This document shows positions 12,755 to 27,400 of a stretch of DNA of 48,879 bases, one piece after another. Position 1 is the first letter of the stretch. The number at the start of each line of letters is the position of its first letter. Source of the DNA: Asterionella formosa (Eukaryota); contig NKIB01013989.1 of NCBI GenBank assembly GCA_002256025.1, forward strand, positions 1-48,879. The letters run 5' to 3'. The notes beneath the pieces were generated by a model that was not told the DNA's origin, searched no databases, and worked only from the letters and a program-made list of their open reading frames with translations. A program made the translations under genes and the position numbers.

Positions 12755-13495
12755 GTACTAGATGCAGTTAGGATCCGGACACAAAAAATTGCTGCTACTT
12801 TGCTTTGGCTGCTAAAACTGCTAGCTGTCCTCACGTAACTATACATTTCTCTACTAATCGCACTTTTTCGCAACAATTGCGGTACTCTCCTATTCTCTCA
12901 TTTCCTCCTACCTTTGAGACTTCTTTCTCAAGAACAGACCAACCAAGATGATCAATGGTTTCTGTCCTTTCGAGGATCACAGGGCTCAGTATGGTGATGA
13001 CGATACTACCCACCAACATCATCTGGCTGATATCATTGTTCATCCGAAGAAATATGGACAATACAACTACATAAATCCAAAGAGAAGACACGCCATCCAA
13101 CAACCAACCGCATCCGATCAACAACGAACCGCCACTGGTGTCATCAATGAACTCATTTCGACTGGGTATGATGGACGATGATTGGCATCCTTAAAGGTGA
13201 ATTGCTGGAGTCAGTTTTCAGGCGATGACCAAAAACGAGGTGAATACTAGATATATTTTAATCAAATCTGTAGAGTATATAAAATGGTTTCCTTAAGTAA
13301 CTCCTTGCCAGTTTTGGCAATCCCAAGGCCGGAAAACCTAGGGGCAATCGGGGGCAAAATTGTCTTGCCAAAATGCGAACATATGAAATCTACAAAATAT
13401 ATTTTAATGATGTGCAATATTGGAACTTTGGCAAGATTTTATGTGAAGATAGGAAATATACAAAATATATTTCATATGATGGGCAATAGCAAGTT
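12755..13495 (+). repeat. Interspersed repeat, copy 2 (homolog of 4140-4675, with ~200 bp extra around 12810-13020)
   Basis: Same colinear blocks as copy 1. Confidence 0.75.
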
Positions 13496-13886
13496 AAAAA
13501 TGACATTTAAGCTCAATGAGTGGGCAGTAGCTAGGTAAGCGAATGGCACAATGATACTAGCTAGTTTGTGAATTGCCTCAATAATACCTTTCTCGGTGGC
13601 TACTTGCCTTCTTGTATACACCATGTGTACTTGGCTGGGATGGTACTTGTAGGGTAACCTCCTCAAACACATATATACTTGCAGGCAAGAGACCACCTCG
13701 GGCGTGTCTTGGTGCCTTCAGCAATAAATATACAACGAGTAGTGCACGATACTCATTGTCACACACTCCACTGTGATCGATTTAGGGTTCAGCAAAACAG
13801 CCGGTAACCATTTGGCTGACCAGTAAATAATTACAAATGTGTTTCACACTGAGAGAGATTAAACGAAATGACCTTAAAAGACCCTG

Positions 13887-14040
13887 AAAGTACGCAAAAG
13901 ACCGCTTAAACCCGGAGACGACCACGAAAAAACCGCAAAAGAACGGGAAAGCCCGGATATGCGATGTTTTTCTTCGTTTGCCTCCGGGTTTTCGTTCATC
14001 TCCGGGTTTATGCGGTCTTTTTAGGTCTTTTGCGTACTTT
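13887..14040. repeat. Imperfect inverted repeat / foldback
   Basis: AAAGTACGCAAAAGACCGCTTAAACCCGGAGACGACCACGAAAA (13887-13930) pairs with TTTTCGTTCATCTCCGGGTTTATGCGGTCTTTTTAGGTCTTTTGCGTACTTT (13989-14040). Confidence 0.8.
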
Positions 14041-14370
14041 TGCGAACTTCGCGTTCTGCTTTGCGTTCCTCGTTTATGTAGGAAAACATGGTGCGAGGTC
14101 GAATTTAGATAAAACACAATTTTTGGACGCGCCTTTTCGTACTTCGGAGTTTCCGGCATAATTATTGTACCATAGATATTTAGACGATCCATACATAGAC
14201 AGAAGCAGAAAAGAACAAAAATAGTACATAGCAGTACATAAGAAGTACTTTGTACCCTATGTAAATAATAAACGTACACGACCCTCTTAGATACCGGTAG
14301 TTAAAATTTCTTTCTATGTATACGGACTCGAACATACACGTAATTAGAAGCGCTGGGATTGTGCACCACC

Positions 14371-15156
14371 ATGGCGGCAAAAGCAAGTATCTCGAGACAA
14401 TACAACCCAACTGGACCTGAGCTCGCTGATGCTATCTCTTTATCCATCAAGTCGGTACGTGGCATTAGCTTCTCCAGCCAACTTTGTTCTGAGAAGCCAA
14501 GGACCCGGTTAAATCTTGTAAGGTAATTCCTCCTTCGAGTGTTCGCGTGTTTCGCTCATAGCGAGTTCGTTTCTCTCTCTCCTTCCTCCTCCAACTAGTC
14601 GCAAGTTACGCCATCCGTTAAGGCATTGGTAAAAACACTTGAACAAGAAAATCCATCTTGGAAATTACCTGAACGACGAGTCTCGAAATTCTTGAAGAAA
14701 GAGCTGAAAACAAATGGTGTGCCCCTTCCCGACGATCTCGTGGGAACAAACGACGACGATGACGACGTGTCTGTCGCATCCACCAACAACATGATGAAGA
14801 AAGCAGGTGCAAGCTTGAGGAGTCTATTCTCCAACAAGGAAGAGGTGGTTCCGACTACCATTGAGACAAAGGGCTTCTTCAGGAGTCCCCTCAAGTCTTT
14901 TTGGAACAAAAAGCAGGAGAAAAAGAAGGAACTAACAGAAATTCAGCCAGAAGCAACCGTTGTGGAACCGGGACATGACGTGAATGAGATCGTTAAGGAA
15001 GCCTCGTCACCTCCGCTGTTGCAAGTGAGTCCAGAAGAGCCAGAGGGCGACGTCCAGCCCCCCGAATCGGCTCCATTTAACAAAGATGTGCTTTACGACG
15101 ACGAAAATGACGGGAAACATGAACCAGCTTTGTGCGGTGGTTGTTTGATCCTTTAG
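14371..15156 (+). CDS. Hypothetical acidic protein with C-terminal CaaX box (CLIL); exons 14371-14454 and 14599-15156
   Basis: ATG in CACCATGG context at 14371. A phase-0 intron GTACGT...CTCTCTCCTTCCTCCTCCAACTAG (14455-14598) joins MAAKASISRQYNPTGPELADAISLSIKS in frame to SQVTPSVKALVKTLEQENPSWKLPERRVSKFLKK. The protein ends CGGCLIL*. Confidence 0.85.
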
Positions 15157-15471
15157 TGTTTTGAATTTATATGGGAATATCCAGCATGCGAGGTCGTTTG
15201 GAGTGAAATAATTTCTCCGTTTTGAGTGTTTCTTTGTTGTGTTGATACAGGCTGCAATGCGAGAGGCCTGACGGAAATCTCGTGTTACTACTGGCCTTGT
15301 ATGGCAGAATGAGAATACTTTGATGGAATGTGTTCACATTTTTTTTGTATTGCGTTGCGTGTATTATGGTCGGTAGTTTTGTGAATGTAATAGGTACTGC
15401 AAAGAATACTCGTACAAGCGTGACTCGAGATTCCATTACTTCGCGAAGTCATTCTTTCATTTCTTAGTGCA

Positions 15472-18400
15472 CTACAACCATGGTTGGTAGTTAGGAAGCA
15501 TCTGACAAAGCTTTTCTCGGTTCGTTGCTTCCTCCACTAGACTGCGAACCTTTTTGTCCACTGGATCCTTTGGCAGCTTTTCAGGCGTCAGATCTTTGGG
15601 TGGCCTACGAAAAGAGCATTCAACCATGCGAATCTGAACTTGCGACACATTCTTCAATACTCTATCGTGCAGCTGTTTCTCCAATTCTTGCGTCTTGGCA
15701 TCACTCTTTGCCATACTTTTGGAAGTATACCAGGCAATTATGTCATCCCTCATCAATAGTTTCAATACAGGGTCGATGTCTTCAAGGTGGTTCTTTACTG
15801 CAGTTGCAAAGGTGGCCATAGCAGGGACGAAACGACCAGCTTCAAATATTGAGCCAATCAATTCACGAAGGTTTCGCGTCAAGCGGAAAGGAACACGCTG
15901 CTCATCAAGAAAGCCTTGATTGTTGTAAGAGAACCTAAAATCGGGAGCGAAAACTTGGCCAGTACGCTCATTGAAGACAATTCGAGATGGGGTCCTTTCA
16001 GCTACGCAGAAAGCATGTTGAAGCATGGAGCTAATGGCCAGTTGTCCAGCAAAGCTTCTTCGGAAATGAAAGACCCTCTCGGCATCACCGAGTGTTGAGC
16101 GAATAAAGTCGAGGAGCATCGAAGAGTCCACCATGGTTGAGCAGATTCGATCATACGCTTTGAGCTTGAGAGACACTTCCAACTTGGCCTTTTCTTCTCT
16201 TCCAAGTTCTCGGAAGTTCTTTGCTTCTAACTCATTGACGATCTCGTTGTGAAAACTTTGCGATACCGCGTCAAACGGTTGACCTGATTCGTCGCAAACT
16301 TTCCTGAACACATCGTCAAGTGACATTCTGTTGTCATCTTCAGCGGTCATCCGAAGCCGTTGAGCAATTGGAATAACTGGTGTAGGCTGCAGTGCTAGAA
16401 ACTTGCGACTGCTCATGATGTCCTTTCGCAAGACCTTGTCAAGAATATAATGAATCTGAGTCGTCCGTTCGTCAGTACGTGTCCAATATGGAATTGCGAA
16501 TTGAAGAAGGAAACGATATCGCCTACCGTCACTGCCAATCATTCCAATTCTCCGCACCAATTGCTCATTGCGACGAATCACGTTGACCACAGCTTCGAAG
16601 GAGACCAGCTTTGGATGGAGTTCTGGTGAAGGCTTCAAATCTATGGAACTGGTTACGTTTGGGGCATACTGACCGGGAATCTCAATCGAGGCTGAGCCGC
16701 CTCCGTATTCGCCGCCGCATCCTTCGCGTTCAGCAGCCTTCGCAACAGCCAAAGCAGCGACCGAGAATGCTGCCTTGGCTGCAAGTACTGACGACGAAGT
16801 AGACGACAAATGGGAATTTTCAGTTTCACTCGCTCTGTCAATCTCCAAGGTTGATACTGTTGTGGGGTGAGGATCACACGACATGGGCCAAAGATCTGGT
16901 GAATCAGCTGTGAAAAGTGCAAGGGACGGAGAAGACTCGACCAATGGCAAGGAGAGCGGTGTTGAGGCAACCTGTGTTGCCAACAGGAACCTCCATTTCT
17001 TGAGCCTGGTCAAAAACTCCGCGAGAGGAAGTTTTGCATCTATCCCATCCACGTCCTTCTCCAAGAAATCATGTTGGAACATTGCCTTGTATTTACTTGA
17101 GAACTCAATTGTTCGTTTTGTTCTCTCGTCCCTCTTGCAAGATGGAGTAACTGGAATATCTCTAAAGAATTTAGCAGAGATCCTTGCGAGGGTTTTGGAA
17201 ACTGAAGCAACGATCGCTTCCTCGTCGTCACCCGCAGATTCTCTTCTTTCTGTGTGGATATAGTGATCGGTCTGTGACTCTGCTCGCTCTAACAAGGCAG
17301 TGATAGTAGCCAGTAGCTCTTCTTCGTAAGATGGCCGGAACTTGACAATAAGCTCTTCGAGGATGGCCTCTAGCGAGCTCCAAAGGCTGGCATGTGCTCG
17401 TCGCAACGAAGACATCAGCTCCTCGGAATTCGCTACAGAAATTAGATGGCCAGTTGCTAAAGGCCCTCGGTTACGTTCAACGTCTCGTCGCTCCAAGTAG
17501 AAGGCGCGTAAAGGAAAGTAGAGTGCCTGTGGATGTGATTTGACCAGTCCGTTCAAAATAGCTTTTGTTGCTTTTCCTTCGGTTCGATACAAGCTAGTCA
17601 AGAGTTGAGGGATCCACGGTAACCACACCCATTCTGGCAATACAGTGCCACGAGATTCAAATGTTTGGCATAATACCCCTGGCTCGGAGCCATCTTTGGA
17701 AAGCATCCATAGGCATTTTGAGAGATGAATTCGAGCCCAGTCAATAGGATCACATTGGATTGCTTCCAGATAGCAACCCATTCCTTGGGCGAGGTATTGG
17801 GCTACTTTCTTCGAATTTGTCAAATCGCCGAGGTCGGACCCAGGTTTTGAAGTACTACTGTCACTGACGGATTGTTTCTCGGCAAGCTTTCCTAGAGACG
17901 CGCACAATCCACCCCAACTCACCCAAGCTCGAGCATAGGATGGGCAAATCTGAACTGCATGGCAAAAACTCTGATTGGACTTTGATCTGCCCCCAAGTGA
18001 GGAAAGGAAAATTGCTTTCAAGCGAAAGAGCTCACTTTTCTGTGAGGAATCAAAAAACGACAAGTTGGTGTTATTTATCATATTCAATCCACCAGTTCTT
18101 TCCAAGTCCGAGTCTGGGTTGCAGTAAGCAAGAATTTGCTCGCGTAGCTTCGAAAATGCGTCTGAGACATCCATGGAGCAGTCTGTGAGCTGATTAAGGC
18201 TTTGAAGGGCAACCTCTCGAAGTCCCTGCTTACGTGCCACTCTGGCCATTTGGATTGAAGTCCACGGCCTATCGTGCAGGGACGCCAACATACTTGGTTC
18301 GCTCCAGCTGAAGTGGGATGCAATCGCACTGAACATGTGTAATCTCCAGAGGAATATTTCATCCCACAGAGAAATGGCATCGTGATCGTTTGGCAGCCGA

Positions 18401-21400
18401 TGTCGCCATGCACTCAACAGATTTTTCAAGTCAGGAAATGTCTTTCGATTTGAATGGTTTGTTGTCTCCACCATTATTTGACCAGATTCTCTGAGTTCAA
18501 CAAGGCGATGAAAGAAATGCAAAAGAGATGAATGTGCCGGACTTCCTGGTGCCATAGATGGTAGGAGCTGCCATTGATTCAGCGCAAGCTGAGCCGTTTG
18601 CGCGTGGAGATTTTCAATGTCGGTCAACTTGTTTTCTGAAATCGCGACAAGGATCTCGCTCATTTTTACGGAAGGGTCTCCATTTTCTGAAAGAGCAATA
18701 AGTGGGGGCGACACGCAGAGGTCTTTGACTTTGTCCCATTGGTGGGCTTGGCAAGCACATTCAAGCATCATTTTATAATTCTCAGTAGTGTTCGCGAATT
18801 CGGAAACAACTCCTACTTGGCACATTTCTCGTTGTAACTTGATCCATTGAGTTTCCCAAAGGTCCATTTCAAAACTGGTAGGAGCTCTTGGGCCGTTTGA
18901 TTCTTCAATCTTTTCAGCAAGAATCATCAAATTCTCGTATGCGATCAACGAATCATTTATTGGGCCTTGCTGGTGAAGTGAAATAGCCCATATTGTTTGG
19001 GGGAGCTTGCAAGATAGCGTGACTACGCCCAACTTGAGGCTTTCTTCCCCAAGTTCTCCCAGACAAGCAACGATTCCTTGTCGTAGTCTTGAGCAGATCA
19101 AGTGCTCGTCCTTGAATCCAGTATTTAACGACGCAACTTCGTACTGTGTAGTCAGAATATCCAGAACTGTGTGCCAAATATTATAAGAGACTGCCAACGA
19201 AACCAGAAGGTCGACATCAAACATTGGCAATGGGTCAAGTATCGAAATTGCCCGGGCCCAGCATTGAAGTGCGTTTGTAGTCTTGGCGCTTCCACACGTT
19301 GAAGTTCGTTTAAGGTGCTGAGCATGATACGGACGAGCTATTAAGTGCTCAATGGGGACGACAAGCGACAATCGCTGTTCATTATCAATAAGCGCCTTCC
19401 AGGACGAGGATATCAGTGTTTCAAACAAAGACTGTGAGAGCAGCTCATCACCGTGAGCAAGGCTCCGTGTGGCGTCAAGGCAACGCTTTGCGTTTCCTTC
19501 GCTGTTTTTCCTTGTCTCGGTAACAAAGGATAAAAAGTGAAAATACTCGGGACACGAACTTTCGATGCTAGCTTGGGCGCTCGGTGACCATTCCACAGAG
19601 GGTGGTGGTAGCCAACCTGAATCGGTGTGGGTCGCCAAACGTGGAGAGGCGCATTCCAAAAGCACGTCAGTGAACACAATAGTCCATAGCCTACGCCCCA
19701 GACCTTCAAAGTCACTGTGCAGTAGATTCCAGAGGAGCTGAAAAGTGATACCGATCTTGCTCGTCTCGCCTACACCTTCGTCAATAAAGTTCATAGATGC
19801 AATGTATGACGCTAAAATCTCTCGACGGATATTTTCGTTGGCATGAAGTAAACTTGCCACTAAAAGCCTCGCAGGTAAATCACCGCAGTCGATCCGAAGC
19901 TTATTGAAGCTCAAGCTTCGGCTCAAAATCTTTGGAGCAAGGTACGACGCAACTAAATCAGCAACAGGCTGAGAAACAACGGGAGGCAGTGTGTTGCAGT
20001 CAATAGAAGAAAGCTTCCAAAGAAAGCTTGCCTTCTCTTTGGCTGTCAAGGGGCTTCTCCCGTTTTCCATTAACAGCCAATTCCCAACCAGCCGAACGGC
20101 AGCAAGAACAATATGAACGCTGTTGCATGATTCCAAAATTGACCCAAGAAGATGAAAGAAGGTTTGCCTCTCACTAGAAAAAATGAATGGCAATTTACTT
20201 GATCCTGCCAATCGCAAACATATGACAAGACTTCGGATTGATGTTCCTACGTAACGATCAACTGCAAGAAATTGGCCCCCGTCTTGTCTTGAAGGAGACT
20301 TTGATTCTATTTCTTCCTTTCGTCCTGCGGTGCCAATGCTCGTCGACCAAAAATTTATGATTGCCGCAGTTGGTGAAATATGCTTCGAATTCCCCCCCTG
20401 ATTGGACAAAGTGGCTTGGCGAACATTATTGGGCGAAATTGTTGAATGTCGTTTTGCAAGTTTTTCCGCAAGACCGACAATTGTACCTGTGAACGTTTCC
20501 GCGAATGAAGGTGATATCTTGGATACCGTTTCGATCAGGTCCAACGAGAAGAGAGCGAGACACGAGCCTCCCATTTTGGTGTCATCCGATGAAAAGGGAT
20601 TCTCGCTAGAACTATCCGGTGACTTTGATAGCTCCGAGCTTGACAATGAAGTTGAGGCCTCCAGTGTCGACTCAACAATAAACCTCTCAAGAAGAGCATT
20701 GATTCGATAGTGGAATTCTTTGTCCATCATGGTAGACGTCGTTGTCAAGGCTGGGACAAGAAAGCTTCTAATTTTTTGGCGTAGCAACTTACCGTCACGA
20801 GACGACGCTCGTGAAAAACAGGGTTCAAGGATGTCCTTGATGACACCGCTGTTCTCTGACAGGAACAAATGACAAGGTTCATTTTCAACCAGTACAATGA
20901 AGATGTCAAGGCAAGCCAAGAGAAGAGTTGTTTGAACCGTTTTAGGGTCTTCCCTTGAGATCGAAGCCTGTGAGCTCTTGGATGTGGCCGATTTGCCAAA
21001 CTTCCCAAGGGACTTGGCGCTTGTCTTGGATTTGCCTTTATCTTTTCCTCGTTTCTCCGGTATATCAAAGCTTCCGTCGACGCGCCGAGGAGTTGCTGTG
21101 TCATCTCTGCACATCGATACTACTTTCTCGAAATACATCGGCCGAATATTGCATCGATTCCAACGTCGTATCACTCGGCTCAATAGCTCAGTCGTTTTCG
21201 AGTCAAGGTTCTGCGGGTTACCCTCAATTTTTGCATCAGCAAGTAGAATTTTCATTCGAACAAGAAAGTTCGCGAGAGTATCAATGTGATCTGGCCCCTT
21301 GTCGCTTGCCAGAATATTTTGCTCGAGTGTTTCAGGAGGATTTTCCTCAGTTATAGCTGATTTCTCCCCGCTGTCGAGGTGCGCATCCACTTCAGTAGGT

Positions 21401-24400
21401 AATGAGTTATGTTGGTCCTCTTGCCACTCAAGAACCAATTCAGTTAATCTGAGACTTAATGCCCGGTTCTCAATAGGGCAGCTAGGAGGCAGACCCAGCC
21501 TATTCACAGAATTGATAATGTGCCTAATGAATTGGTTCCGATGGCTGCGAAAGACTTCTGAGTGAGCAGCAATTATTTGCCAAATGTGTGCAACGTGAGG
21601 TACCGAGTTCCCTTCTTCGTACAATATCTTGTTTGTGTACTGAATGGCTTCATTGAACTCAAATTTGTTAAACCGCTCTTGCAACGAAGGAACAAGAATA
21701 GCCACTGACGCTTTGACTATTTCTCGACTCTCGTGCTGGTAAGCCCGAAGTAGGGCAACGTAAATTTGCATAACAATATTTGCTGGGGTTTCAAATGCCG
21801 CAACGAAACGACAAAGTGTTAAATATGCCCAGTTTTTGCAGTTTAAATCGTCGCTCTTCAGCAAGACCCATGAAAACTTGATCACTTCTTTTCTGTGACA
21901 TTCTATCGCGGTAGGGGCATACTCGAGGAGCAACATTGACAGTCTGAGAAACTCAACGCGGAGGCGGTCACCGTGGTTTGCAGGACTTCCATCTTTGAAG
22001 AGTACTTCCCTGATGAATTTCGATATCATCAACGACTCAAACACATCAGCTTTGGTAAGTTCTCTGGTTTCTGTCATGCCCTTGGAGTCCTTTACTCCTC
22101 CAGTTGTCGATGAGATATATACGTCCTCTGCAGTTTCCGTGTTTTGGACTTCGTTTTCAGTCTCAATGATCCCTTCATAGATAAGTGATTTAATCATAGG
22201 GAAAAGGATCAATTGAATACTTAGAACTTTTGTTTCTTCGGGGCCCTCCCCGGCCAAGAGAGCGAAGAAACGCTGTACAACATGTTTTTTCCTTTCATAG
22301 CTAAGCACCTTTGAAACCGTTTCAACAAGAAATTCCTTCACAAAGTTGAAGTCAGTTGTACTTGGTTGCAAAAATATTCGTAAAAGTTCGAATAACACAT
22401 CGACGTCATTTGGGAATGTTGTTGCATAGCTGACAAGAAAAGATGCAAGCTGCTTTGATTCCTGATGAAATCTTGGTGACATGGCTTCTTCGTGTTGCAA
22501 CCTTAGATGTCTTCCTTTCGAGCGCCACAGCCACCGGAATGCTCGAATAACGTCGTTGTGTTCCTTCAAATAGTTCAAGTCCTTGCTTATAAGCGACTCC
22601 GTGAGTCTAAAACCTTGCAACTGGAGTTCAAGTGCTTCGCTTGACATCCTTCTAGGTGAGACGTTTCCAACGTCGAAATCTTTTGGTTGTGCCACGCCTG
22701 CAGCATATCGTTGTTTGCAAGCAGTGAGGTCTTTCTGACCCCGATCAACCGCTGATTGAGCTGTTTTATGGTTACGTTTTGCTTCATCCAAGGCTGCAGA
22801 TGTTGACGTAGTGGACGAAAGTCTTGCCTGAAGTGCTTCTTTCGTTCGAGTTGCCTCTTGCTGGAGAAGAGTCAGACTTTTCTGTTTTACTTCGATATCC
22901 CGTCGGAGTCCTTCATTTTGCTTTCCACCAGTTACCTCTTCACTTACTCCATGCATAACAAGCATATCAGCCGATTTTTTTGGCGTACTTGCAAGCCCAT
23001 TCTGCCCCGGTGAAACCTTCTCTGATCGAATAATAGCTAAAGGTCTCTCAAAACAAACATTCAGTAATGTGACTGAGCATTGGCGTCCGCTGAGATGCTT
23101 CCGCAGAATTGAAGAATCTTCGTGCAGAATGATTTCATGAAATAGTTCGCTATACATAGGGTTTTTCAGTCGGTGGAAGAAGAAGGCAACAGTCCCGCTA
23201 CAGTGCTTGTTGAGATATCGGCTAAGTGGGCCTAAGTAAGGAGAGGTGACGCTCTCGAACTTAAAACGAGGCAAAACTGCTTCCAGCTTTATCGCAGTCT
23301 TTACCAACGGTTCCACGAAATGTGAAGCGTGTGGCAAAAGCGCGAACAAATCCATAATTGCAGCTGCAACTATAGGCTCTTGACCCTCATGCCATATCAT
23401 TTTGGTAATTATTCGATCTGGATCAGTCCACTTAGTGAGGTGTTCAAGGAGCTTCTCACCAAGCGTCGTATTGAACCAGCTAGACAGCAAAGACAAAAGC
23501 TTTGAGAGACCGCGAAGGAGAGGAACTGATAATCTTGTATAATCCCTCAGATTCAGAAGAACAGGACGAATGCAAGTTTGCAGCAGTTCTTTTGGCAGTC
23601 GCGACTGTGATTTTCCTGGTTCTGTTTCTTCCTTCTGCATCACACTAAGCGACAACACATCTAGCAAGGCTTCATGAGCAGTCGTCACTGCTTGTGTTGG
23701 GCTAGATACAAGCGACCGAAAGAGCAAACTAATTACGTGAGGCCGAATATTGCCAATCGGCGTTGAGGATTCTGCGTCAAAGAAGTCATCAGCATGTCTC
23801 CTAATTACCGCTCTGAACATTCGTAGGGCAGTCACTCTCAGTTGTATTCCGTGTGGAAGCTCTTGCGGGAGGATTGCATAAACTCTTTTGTTACCAATGC
23901 GAACAATACATTCCTGCCGAAAAAACAAACCACTTGCTTGGAGTGGCAATATATTTGGCAGAAGTGTCCCCGACGCAGAAGAGTCACCTTGAGTCGATGT
24001 GGCAAATCCATTCTTGTCAACAAACTGAGCGACAATACTAGAATCCGTCATTTCTCCATCAACAATTGATCCCATCTTGAGAAACTCGGACAAGAATCCG
24101 AGTAGCTGCTGGTCTGAAAGCGATATCAAACCAGGGATGCAGTCGATCACAAAAGCCAGTGCTTCGATTACACCGATTTGTTCAGGAAGCGGTAATAAAC
24201 GAAGTGATCGAGTAAAAAGTAGCCGTTTCATGAAAGGCAATTTAGAAACAAAGCAATCCTTGGGATTCGACATGGTCTCTAAGACGTAATTTTTCAAAGC
24301 AAACCGAATTGCAATCCTTTGAAATTTATAGTTCGTTTGTGAGATCTGTTGACATGGCACAATTCAAATAATTGCTCGTGTCTACTTACCTGACTATGTG

Positions 24401-27400
24401 AGATATTGATGATAACTCATTGATCAAGACGTGAAGAACCTCCTCTGATGGACATTGCGTTTGAGACGTTGCTTCATCACCTGTGCGTATATTATTATTG
24501 AGATTTTCGGTCGCACTGGAGCTTGTTGTCTTTTTCTCGTTTGGCAAATGCAGCGGATCACGAATCATCAATGTGGAATCGTCGTCAATATCAGTCCACT
24601 TTGAAGGTTCGCCGTAAATCTTTGAACAAATGTCGGCAAACAATTGAAAGGACTTCACGCCAGCATAAGGAATCTCCTTTGGGCACTTTTTGACTGCCAA
24701 AATGGCGGCATGCATAATTTCTAACTCATAACGCTTCGACCAATTCATGCCGAGCCCACCAATTAGCGCACATAGTCCGTCATACGAGGTTGAGGCTCGA
24801 TTCCAGGTCAATGAAGCGCATAGGTTACAAAACACGCACAGAAGGTTCTCGAAAAATGCATCAGCTCCCGATGAAAGCACATTTGTAGGATCGTTCTTCT
24901 TGAGTTCATTGAACGTTTCGAGTAAGTGTGATATCAGCATTGGCAGCACTTTGTCACAGGACGGCGTCGGGGAGCGCAAATATTCCCCTATTGCCTCGTT
25001 CAAAGAGAAAAGGTCGACTTTTCCTTGAAGGGGACCCGAAAACTCAAAGTAACCGAAAGGAGCACAAGAACTACTTTTCTGTTGAGAGTCTGAAGTCTCT
25101 CCAGGAATCCTCTCCTCGTTCTCGCGATTCTCCGCTGTGATATCGACTGAAGTAGGTCGGTTGGGGATACGGCACCCATTCGAATCGATCCTGTGTATGT
25201 AGGCACCATAAGTCACTGCGATGAAGAGAAAGTGAGAGGAAAGGCCCTTCAAGAGCATACAACAATCCTCTTGGATAGACACGATCGAGCTCCCAATGAT
25301 CAGCCCACGAATGATAAGTTTAAGACTCAAATCCTCTTTTTGTAGTCGTATGGATGGGATGGATAGCGAGCCTCTGGAAACAACAGGAGCGTTGTTGCAT
25401 TCAAAAACTGGTTCAACCTTTTCAATCTTGACTTCTAACGAGTGAGGCGACGATGCACCTGATGATGACCTCAATGGACCAAAATCTAAGACATTAATGA
25501 TTTGGGCCAGTGACGACGAGATAATCGTGAAAGCTGCCCTGGCTTGGGATGACTTCGTTTGCTCCACTACATCGTCACAGTATGCCCTTATATCGATGGT
25601 GTCGGGTTCCAGCTTCGACAGTTGATTGTAATCAGCCCATTTCATTTGGATGAGCTCAGTCTTGAACTCAGCATCGTGTGTTTCTTTGTTATCCTCGTCG
25701 AATCCATCCATCAATGGAGCGGACGCGATCAGAGCAAGTACTTCGACGGCCCTTTCTAGTGGAAGCAGAACTTTGAATGACTTTGGTACCGTTTCTTCGT
25801 CATTTAGAACGGGTTCTTCGTGTTCCCTGCTACTGCTGTGTTCCGTATTGTCCTGCGTGATATTTCGATTTCCCTCCTCCCATACGCAATCAATGGCGAG
25901 GATGTCAAGCTGCCGTCGGAGGTCGGAATATGCAGGCTGCTGCTCAAATGGTTCCCGAAGGAATCGGCGGTTTTTCCCACCAAGTTTTCCCATTAAACGA
26001 AGCGTTAAGAGACCATAAGGGTATGGCGCGGGTTGCAAATGTGTTGATAAGGATGCCATTAAGTCAACAAAGACAACGGATTGATTAGATAGAATTGGAT
26101 AAAGAAATTCAGGGTTCAGATTATCGATCCAAAACTCAAGAGTCCGCAATCCCAAATTCACCAGGTCCCCATTAGCTGATCGAAGGGCAGGGATGATCAT
26201 TTGTAGAAGCAATGACATATGCGGAAGTAGAGACGATAGCCTGGCTGGAATGGTAAGGCAGAGCTCGATAATGGTATGTCGCAAACTTATGTCGTCCGTA
26301 GAGTGGAAGATGCGGTTTAGTCCGTTCAATATAGTTGGAATAAGGGGCAGTAATTCTTTGTAAGATTCTTCAAACTTGCCTCCTGAAATCGAGCGAAAGA
26401 TACATCGAAGCAGAATACAGTATTTGTCAGGCCAATCGCCACAAAATGTTTCCATTGATGTCCGAAGGCACGACGAGACAACATTTCGCAAATGGGGCCT
26501 GAGAGCGACTTCATTCTCAGGGTGTGTTCCAAGCGACTTCAGGATTCGTTCGAATAATTCTAAGATAGCCAATGATCTCCCTTTTCGCTCGGCCTTCACT
26601 TCATCCGTGTCTTCCTTCATGTCGAGGATCGTCTCTCTAGCCCGCTGCTCAGCTTTCTCGACTTCAGCCAAATCCCAATATTTGATTGGTGTTTTCACAA
26701 AAACAAAATCGTGGTGTGGGGCAACACCAAGGTCAGCCAAATACTCCATCAAGTGTGACAGCAATAGATGCGTGTATTCATAGCTCATTTTTGATCCTAA
26801 CAGATGACGTGCAACAACCATGAATTGCTGGTCTTCAACAGTTGCATCAACCAAAACATTGATGCGACGCCCAATGGTTTGCCGAAAATTGAAAGTATCT
26901 AAAACTGTAAAGGAAGCTCCAAAGTACGTCAGGACATCCCTGTACTGCGATTCACTATCCGAAAATACCTTCATACAAGGCAGAGAGTAGAGAATGAATT
27001 TGTCAATCAGGTCAAGCTCCCATGCAGTGATTTTGACTGGTTCTTCCTCCTTGTTAGGGCGGTAGCTGGTGACGCACCAAATAACAGTCTTCAAACCGAC
27101 GACAATTGATCGCACAATGGACTGAATGTCTCGAAGAGAGTCTTCTGAGTTGGTGCTCATGGAGAGCCAAATGTCCGCAGGGGACTTTTGGAGTTCCCTT
27201 TGGGTTTTATCATTATTTCTTGAACCTCCCTGGACTTCCCATATCTCCTTCTTATAATTTTCACTGCTTTCATCTGATTGTCCAGGGTAATGGTACCTGG
27301 ATTTATTTTCGTTCCTATCTTTCCAATTTTTTCTCATATTGCCCTGTTCTTTGACCACCATGGGATGGTTTCGCAATGTTCCCAGTTTATTTACCAACGT

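Noticed and set aside
13782..14279. 165-aa minus-strand ORF as a real gene
   Set aside because: It spans the foldback repeat, lacks recognisable motifs and is probably a chance open frame.
15472..16600. Active PI3K/TOR/ATM-type kinase, or a novel dead kinase
   Set aside because: Loss of the catalytic motifs is the normal, known state of TRRAP/Tra1.
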